A stretch of 10,706 nucleotides of DNA from Campylobacterota bacterium (GTDB lineage: Bacteria; Campylobacterota; Campylobacteria; Campylobacterales; Sulfurimonadaceae). Positions within the stretch are counted from its first letter, which is position 1. Each line of letters starts with the position of its first letter. The stretch is from NCBI GenBank assembly GCA_034717975.1, contig JAYEMF010000108.1, forward strand, positions 1 through 10,706, written 5' to 3'. Below are positions 7,589 to 10,706 of the stretch, one piece after another. A model generated the notes under the pieces. That model was not told where the DNA came from, made no database searches, and worked only from the letters and a program-made list of their open reading frames with translations. Both the position numbers and the translations under genes were made by a program.

Positions 7589-8310
7589 CGGCTGTACCTT
7601 TTAAGTGCACTCTTGGTAAAACGTGAATCATCAATCTCCACATCAAAATCAACCTCATCCATCGTCACGACAGTCTTTCGGTTCTTCTTGTCTGAGGGGA
7701 TCAACGTCATAACGGCAGGGAAATAACGGGACCCGACAACCTTGACATCGCTGTAGTAGAGTATACGCTGTTCGATCTCATCTTCATCGTAGTAGACAGC
7801 TTCCAGAGGAACAAAATGATCTTTCGTCACCTTCATAACGATCTTGCCCCAGACTACGGCGGCTTCCTCTTTCGGAATCAGGGTAAGGATAAACATCTTT
7901 TCATCCTCCCCGCTAAGCAGCGTATTGTAGTCCCTGACAATGGAGCTCTCTTTGGCCATATCGTCATTGGTAAAATCGCTTCCCATCCAGCTCTGCATCA
8001 TCATGGAACTCGGTATCTTGATGATCTTTTCTATCTTGGGAACATACTGCCACATTGTCGTGTTTACTTTTAAGAAGGTGATGCCTCGATCTTTTTTGGG
8101 GTAGAGGATCTTAATGAAACTCATCTCGTTGCCGCGGTTCCAGCTCTCCATCTTCATCGTCCGTTTACCCCTCGATGTCGTAACACTCATAGTGATTTTG
8201 GAGTAACCGCTATCGCTTTGCAGATTGTGTTCGACATTTTTGATGATCTCATCGGCGGTGATCGCCAACAGGGAAACCGAAACAAGCAGGAGGAGAACAA
8301 GCTTTTTCAT
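7585..8310 (-). CDS. Outer-membrane lipoprotein-sorting (LolA-like) periplasmic protein
   Basis: Signal peptide plus motifs YPKKDRGITFLK, MWQYVP and SWMGSDFTNDD characteristic of the LolA-like family. ATG 8310 fits the AGAGG SD better than GTG 8313. Confidence 0.85.
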   Translation of the reverse strand: MKKLVLLLLVSVSLLAITADEIIKNVEHNLQSDSGYSKITMSVTTSRGKRTMKMESWNRGNEMSFIKILYPKKDRGITFLKVNTTMWQYVPKIEKIIKIPSSMMMQSWMGSDFTNDDMAKESSIVRDYNTLLSGEDEKMFILTLIPKEEAAVVWGKIVMKVTKDHFVPLEAVYYDEDEIEQRILYYSDVKVVGSRYFPAVMTLIPSDKKNRKTVVTMDEVDFDVEIDDSRFTKSALKRYSR

Positions 8311-8313
8311 CAC

Positions 8314-8410
8314 GCCTCTTTTTAGGGGGTGTCCTATCTATAATAGAATCATTTTAGCCAAATCTTCACATATAGATAATAAAATACACGTATTAAAAAA
8401 GGAGTGTTCC
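8314..8410. promoter_or_regulatory. Divergent promoter region (ABC operon / rnhB)
   Basis: About 100-nt AT-rich spacer. The - strand has GGCTAAAAT (hexamer at 8351-8356); the + strand has TATAAT (8339-8344) and TAAAAT (8380-8385), with AAGGAG SD at 8399-8404. Confidence 0.5.
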
Positions 8411-8962
8411 ATGGCACTATGCGGAATTGACGAAGCTGGTCGCGGACCCATCGCCGGATCACTGGTGATGGCCGGTGTTATTCTAAACGAGCCCATTGAT
8501 GGGCTGAATGACTCAAAAAAGCTGACCGAAAAAAGACGCGAGCTCCTCTTTACCCAGATCCTCTCTTCCGCCACTTATCATATCGCGCACTTCTCTGCAC
8601 AGCAAGTAGATGAACATGGCATCTCTAAATGTCTGTCAATGGGCCTTGAGGCGATCAAGAAGCATGTCGAATCCGATGATTACCTCTTTGATGGCAACTC
8701 TACCTTTGGCGTCAATGGTCTGCGCACCATGATCAAAGCGGATACTGAGATTCCCGAAGTGAGTGCCGCTTCCATCCTGGCCAAAGTGACGCGTGACCGT
8801 GAGATGGTCAGGCTCTCATCCGACTATCCGGAGTACGGTTTTGAAGGGCATAAGGGCTACGGCACGCAAGCCCACGTTGAAGCAATTAAAACACATGGCT
8901 ACTGTGACATCCATCGCAAAACTTTTCGGCTCAAAGCACTTGAACCGACACTTTTTGATTAG
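8411..8962 (+). CDS. rnhB: Ribonuclease HII
   Basis: GIDEAGRGPIAG, DSKKL, DGN, KAD...SAASILAKVTRD and HKGYGT motifs. Start ATG 8411 follows AAGGAG; the 8225 start of the ORF track overlaps the opposite gene. Confidence 0.96.
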   Translation: MALCGIDEAGRGPIAGSLVMAGVILNEPIDGLNDSKKLTEKRRELLFTQILSSATYHIAHFSAQQVDEHGISKCLSMGLEAIKKHVESDDYLFDGNSTFGVNGLRTMIKADTEIPEVSAASILAKVTRDREMVRLSSDYPEYGFEGHKGYGTQAHVEAIKTHGYCDIHRKTFRLKALEPTLFD

Positions 8963-8965
8963 ATC

Positions 8966-8988
8966 TTTTCATAATTTTATTATGAAAA
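8966..8988. repeat. Perfect 10-bp AT-rich inverted repeat right after rnhB
   Basis: TTTTCATAAT (8966-8975), TTT, then ATTATGAAAA (8979-8988). Could be a weak terminator or an operator. Confidence 0.6.
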
Positions 8989-8995
8989 ATTCTCG

Positions 8996-9086
8996 GTCTC
9001 ACAAGAGACAAACTTTAGTGCCATAGCGGCTAGCGTAGCCAAATGGACTTCTGACACTAAATGTCGATACTACCGTTGCTAAAGCA
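8996..9086. other. Palindrome-rich intergenic element (REP-like remnant or structured RNA)
   Basis: Stems: GTCTC/GAGAC (8996-9009); TTTAGTGCCA/TGACACTAAA (9014-9023/9052-9061, one mismatch); GGCTA/TAGCC (9028-9040); GACA/TGTC (9053-9065). GTAG lies on the - strand at 9070-9073. Confidence 0.4.
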
Positions 9087-9124
9087 TAAGTGTGGTGTTG
9101 CTCATCTGGCGTTCAAAATAGTGG

Positions 9125-9133
9125 TGCTATAAT
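9125..9133 (+). promoter_or_regulatory. Extended -10 sigma70 promoter (TGnTATAAT)
   Basis: TGCTATAAT is a perfect extended -10 consensus, ending 6 nt before ATG 9140. Confidence 0.75.
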
Positions 9134-9139
9134 TCGCCC

Positions 9140-9367
9140 ATGAAATCAATCGAACATATCAACAATGCACTCAAGGACCTCGATGCGGAAGTAGAGAAAA
9201 TTTTGATGGACTGGTCCATCAATCTGACAGACAAAGACAACCTGATGCTCCCACTTCTGCAACAGAAAAAAGTGCTACAGCAGACCCTTGAGGACCTGAC
9301 CTATCTCAAAGAGAATCCTCCTACCCCAAATCAACCCTGCGGTATTTCAAAATACCGGGATGATTAA
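9140..9367 (+). CDS. Small hypothetical protein (75 aa, helical hairpin/coiled-coil-like), probably leaderless
   Basis: Own promoter, heptad-like Leu pattern and C-terminal PPTPNQPCGISKY. It fills the gap with no competing gene. Confidence 0.75.
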   Translation: MKSIEHINNALKDLDAEVEKILMDWSINLTDKDNLMLPLLQQKKVLQQTLEDLTYLKENPPTPNQPCGISKYRDD

Positions 9368-9549
9368 TTCAAAAACCACGCCAGCCAGCTCTTCTTCTCT
9401 TTGAGAGTATATGGCTTTTTACGTTCATCCACAAAATCCGGGTCACCCTTTCCAAACTGTTCTTTGGAGACACGGTCCAGATGTTTTTTAGGCTTCTCTT
9501 CTATATAGCCGTTATCTTTTGATGTTATCGTTCCATGAGGAATACACAT
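9364..9549 (-). CDS. Small hypothetical protein (61 aa), third gene of the KCG-peptide/DoxX unit
   Basis: ATG 2 nt after the DoxX stop, with a GGGAG SD inside the last DoxX codons. Highly charged sequence with N-terminal MCIPH and C-terminal WLAWFLN. Confidence 0.6.
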   Translation of the reverse strand: MCIPHGTITSKDNGYIEEKPKKHLDRVSKEQFGKGDPDFVDERKKPYTLKEKKSWLAWFLN

Positions 9550-9551
9550 AA

Positions 9552-9995
9552 CTACTCCCTCTCTTCAAGAAAATGGTCAACACCAAATTTTCCGCCACCG
9601 TGTGTTACCAGCGCAAAAAGCATCAACATATAATAAAGCGGTATCTCAAAACCGTTATCACCGGCACTGAAACCATTGCCAAGATGCACTGTAGTGATCG
9701 CCACAATCATAACGACAATCAGTGGAATGGAGATCAGGCGGGTAAAAAGTCCAAGTGTCAGTAAAACAACACCTGCCAACTCTGTTGATGCTGCCATGTA
9801 GGCATTGAGTGTCGGCAGCGGTATTCCAATGGAACCAAACCAATCGGCCACCGCACCGATATCGTCCCACTTATGCATGGCAGGGCTATAAAATCCGTAA
9901 GCCAGAATCAGACGAAGAGAGAGGAGTGAGAGATCTTTTCCCTTCTCTAAAAGGGGTGCTAGAAAATTGGTTACTTTAAGAAGTTGGCACTGCAT
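9552..9995 (-). CDS. DoxX family membrane protein (HvfX-like, RiPP/metal-associated)
   Basis: LLSLRLILAYGF...KW, ELAGVVLLTLGLFTR, VH...NGFEIPLYY and GGGKFGVD motifs of DoxX. ATG 9995 has AAAGGA 6 nt upstream and is preferred over TTG 10016. Confidence 0.88.
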   Translation of the reverse strand: MQCQLLKVTNFLAPLLEKGKDLSLLSLRLILAYGFYSPAMHKWDDIGAVADWFGSIGIPLPTLNAYMAASTELAGVVLLTLGLFTRLISIPLIVVMIVAITTVHLGNGFSAGDNGFEIPLYYMLMLFALVTHGGGKFGVDHFLEERE

Positions 9996-10059
9996 GACAG
10001 ATCCTTTAGTGTACAAATAACAGCAACCTATGACGTTGCACTTATCACTACACTAAACA

Positions 10060-10081
10060 ATCGGTTGCCGAAGCACCCGAT
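10060..10081 (-). terminator. C(UUCG)G tetraloop hairpin after the peptide gene (partial terminator or mRNA stabiliser)
   Basis: On the - strand: AUCGG-G-UGC-UUCG-GCA-A-CCGAU, 7 nt after the TGA, followed by a weak UGUUU tail. Confidence 0.6.
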
Positions 10082-10088
10082 GGTTATA

Positions 10089-10409
10089 TCAGCCGCACTT
10101 ACCGGCGCCGCATTTGCCTTTCACTGGCGGAGGTGTTTTCTTTTCACCACCGCATCTGCCAGGATTCATTGCTTTACCTTCCCCGCATTTGCCCGCAGGA
10201 GATTCCATTTTTTCTCCACCGCATTTGCCCGGCTTCATTGCTTTAGCTTCCCCGCATTTGCCCGCAGGGGCTTTCATTGTTTCTCCACCGCATTTACTGC
10301 TTTGCTGTGCACCGCACTTCTCACCCATTCCAGCCATCGCAGAAGTGGCGCCTAAACCTGTAAACAGAGCAGCCCCGACTAGCAGTGCCATCAGATTCAA
10401 CTTTCTCAT
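10089..10409 (-). CDS. Secreted low-complexity Cys-repeat peptide, HvfA/oxazolin-type RiPP precursor-like
   Basis: AAGGA SD, Sec signal (about 26 aa, ending SAMA) and eight (K/R)CG motifs ending KGKCGAGKCG. Adjacent to a DoxX gene. Confidence 0.85.
   Translation of the reverse strand: MRKLNLMALLVGAALFTGLGATSAMAGMGEKCGAQQSSKCGGETMKAPAGKCGEAKAMKPGKCGGEKMESPAGKCGEGKAMNPGRCGGEKKTPPPVKGKCGAGKCG
10140..10295 (-). repeat. In-frame 69-bp (23-aa) tandem repeat, about 2.3 copies
   Basis: KCGGETMKAPAGKCGEAKAMKPG / KCGGEKMESPAGKCGEGKAMNPG / RCGGEK. The repeat is also visible at DNA level (e.g. TTCCCCGCATTTGCCCGCAGG occurs twice). Confidence 0.85.
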
Positions 10410-10520
10410 TACATATCCTTTTATCTTATACTTGAGATATCCAAATATTGTATCAAGCTATTATAAATAGTAATATAATTATAAAATCTAATTTGTAGAA
10501 TTTAACAATAAAAAGATGTT
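10410..10520 (-). promoter_or_regulatory. AT-rich promoter region of the KCG-peptide unit
   Basis: The - strand has extended -10-like TGATACAAT (10447-10455) and further TATAAT hexamers upstream. Confidence 0.5.
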
Positions 10521-10578
10521 AGGGGTAGAGTGAAACAGACTCGTTCTCAGATAGTCTGGATATAGAAAACAAAGGGCT

Positions 10579-10706
10579 TTACTGATTCAAGGCACGAATC
10601 TTGAACAGAACACTCTGCTCTCCTTCGCGCTGCATATCCAGCAGAAAATGTGTTCGACTCCGATAAAGCCGAAAGTGATTGACCGCGCCAAGACTATCGA
10701 CAACCA
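10579..10706 (-). CDS. 3' end of an unidentified gene (partial; ...VVDSLGAVNHFRLYRSRTHFLLDMQREGEQSVLFKIRALNQ*)
   Basis: Open frame from the window edge to TAA at 10579-10581, with protein-like composition. It is followed by a weak CAGACT/AGTCTG hairpin (10536-10558) and then AT-rich DNA. Confidence 0.55.
   Translation of the reverse strand, partial: VVDSLGAVNHFRLYRSRTHFLLDMQREGEQSVLFKIRALNQ

Noticed and set aside
3978..8073. Long alternative ORFs over the ABC operon (e.g. 3985-4635, 4455-4913, 5149-6018, 6560-6925, 7816-8073)
   Set aside because: Typical antisense or shadow ORFs produced by codon bias of the real - strand genes; no motifs.
8225..8410. 62-aa N-terminal extension of rnhB in the ORF track
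   Set aside because: Overlaps the divergent gene and promoter region; the strong SD and family N-terminus indicate ATG 8411.
8990..9120. tRNA, 6S RNA, SRP RNA or known riboswitch in the rnhB downstream spacer
   Set aside because: No cloverleaf with T-loop or CCA, no long 6S-like rod, and no SRP or riboswitch consensus that I can recognise. Kept only as an unassigned structured element.
10053..10091. Selenocysteine read-through of the peptide TGA using the downstream hairpin as SECIS
   Set aside because: The TGA follows a complete GKCG and is not at a Cys-equivalent position. Read-through gives only YNHRVLRQPIV before TAG, and the UUCG loop does not resemble a bacterial SECIS apical loop.
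10140..10295. CRISPR array suggested by recurring CCGCATTTGCCC
   Set aside because: The repeats are in-frame codons for GKCG within a coding gene, the intervening sequences are themselves homologous, and no cas genes are present.
9573..10470. Overlapping ORFs 9573-9764(+), 9658-9870(-), 9984-10355(+) and 10114-10470(+)
   Set aside because: Shadows of DoxX and the repeat peptide; their repeated motifs only mirror the 69-bp repeat.
10579..10706. Upstream partial gene as the missing DUF692/DUF2063 or an ECF sigma factor
   Set aside because: The 41 visible residues show no motif I can tie to those families, and a hairpin plus a separate AT-rich promoter region separate it from the peptide gene. 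It cannot be fully excluded without the flanking sequence.

Overview
Gene-dense chromosomal window; gene content and promoter style suggest a Campylobacterota (Sulfurovum/Sulfurimonas-like) organism, which is an inference. From left to right: (1) the 3' end of an unidentified + strand gene with a hairpin; (2) a + strand operon of napG, napH, a napL-like WD40 protein and a class II monoheme cytochrome c. It lacks napA, napB, napF and napD, and one NapH Fe-S Cys is replaced by Ala; (3) a convergent - strand five-gene envelope transport operon encoding a LolA-like protein, two FtsX/MacB-type permeases, a LolD/MacB-type ATPase and a beta-barrel outer-membrane protein, with a perfect 14-bp internal inverted repeat; (4) divergent rnhB, a palindrome-rich intergenic element and a probably leaderless 75-aa gene; (5) a - strand unit encoding a secreted peptide with eight (K/R)CG repeats (HvfA/oxazolin-type RiPP precursor-like), a DoxX (HvfX-like) membrane protein and a 61-aa orphan, with no DUF692 (MNIO) or DUF2063 gene between or beside them; (6) the 3' end of another - strand gene. 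No tRNA, rRNA, CRISPR array or transposase was seen. All family calls come from motif recognition by eye; no database search was run.
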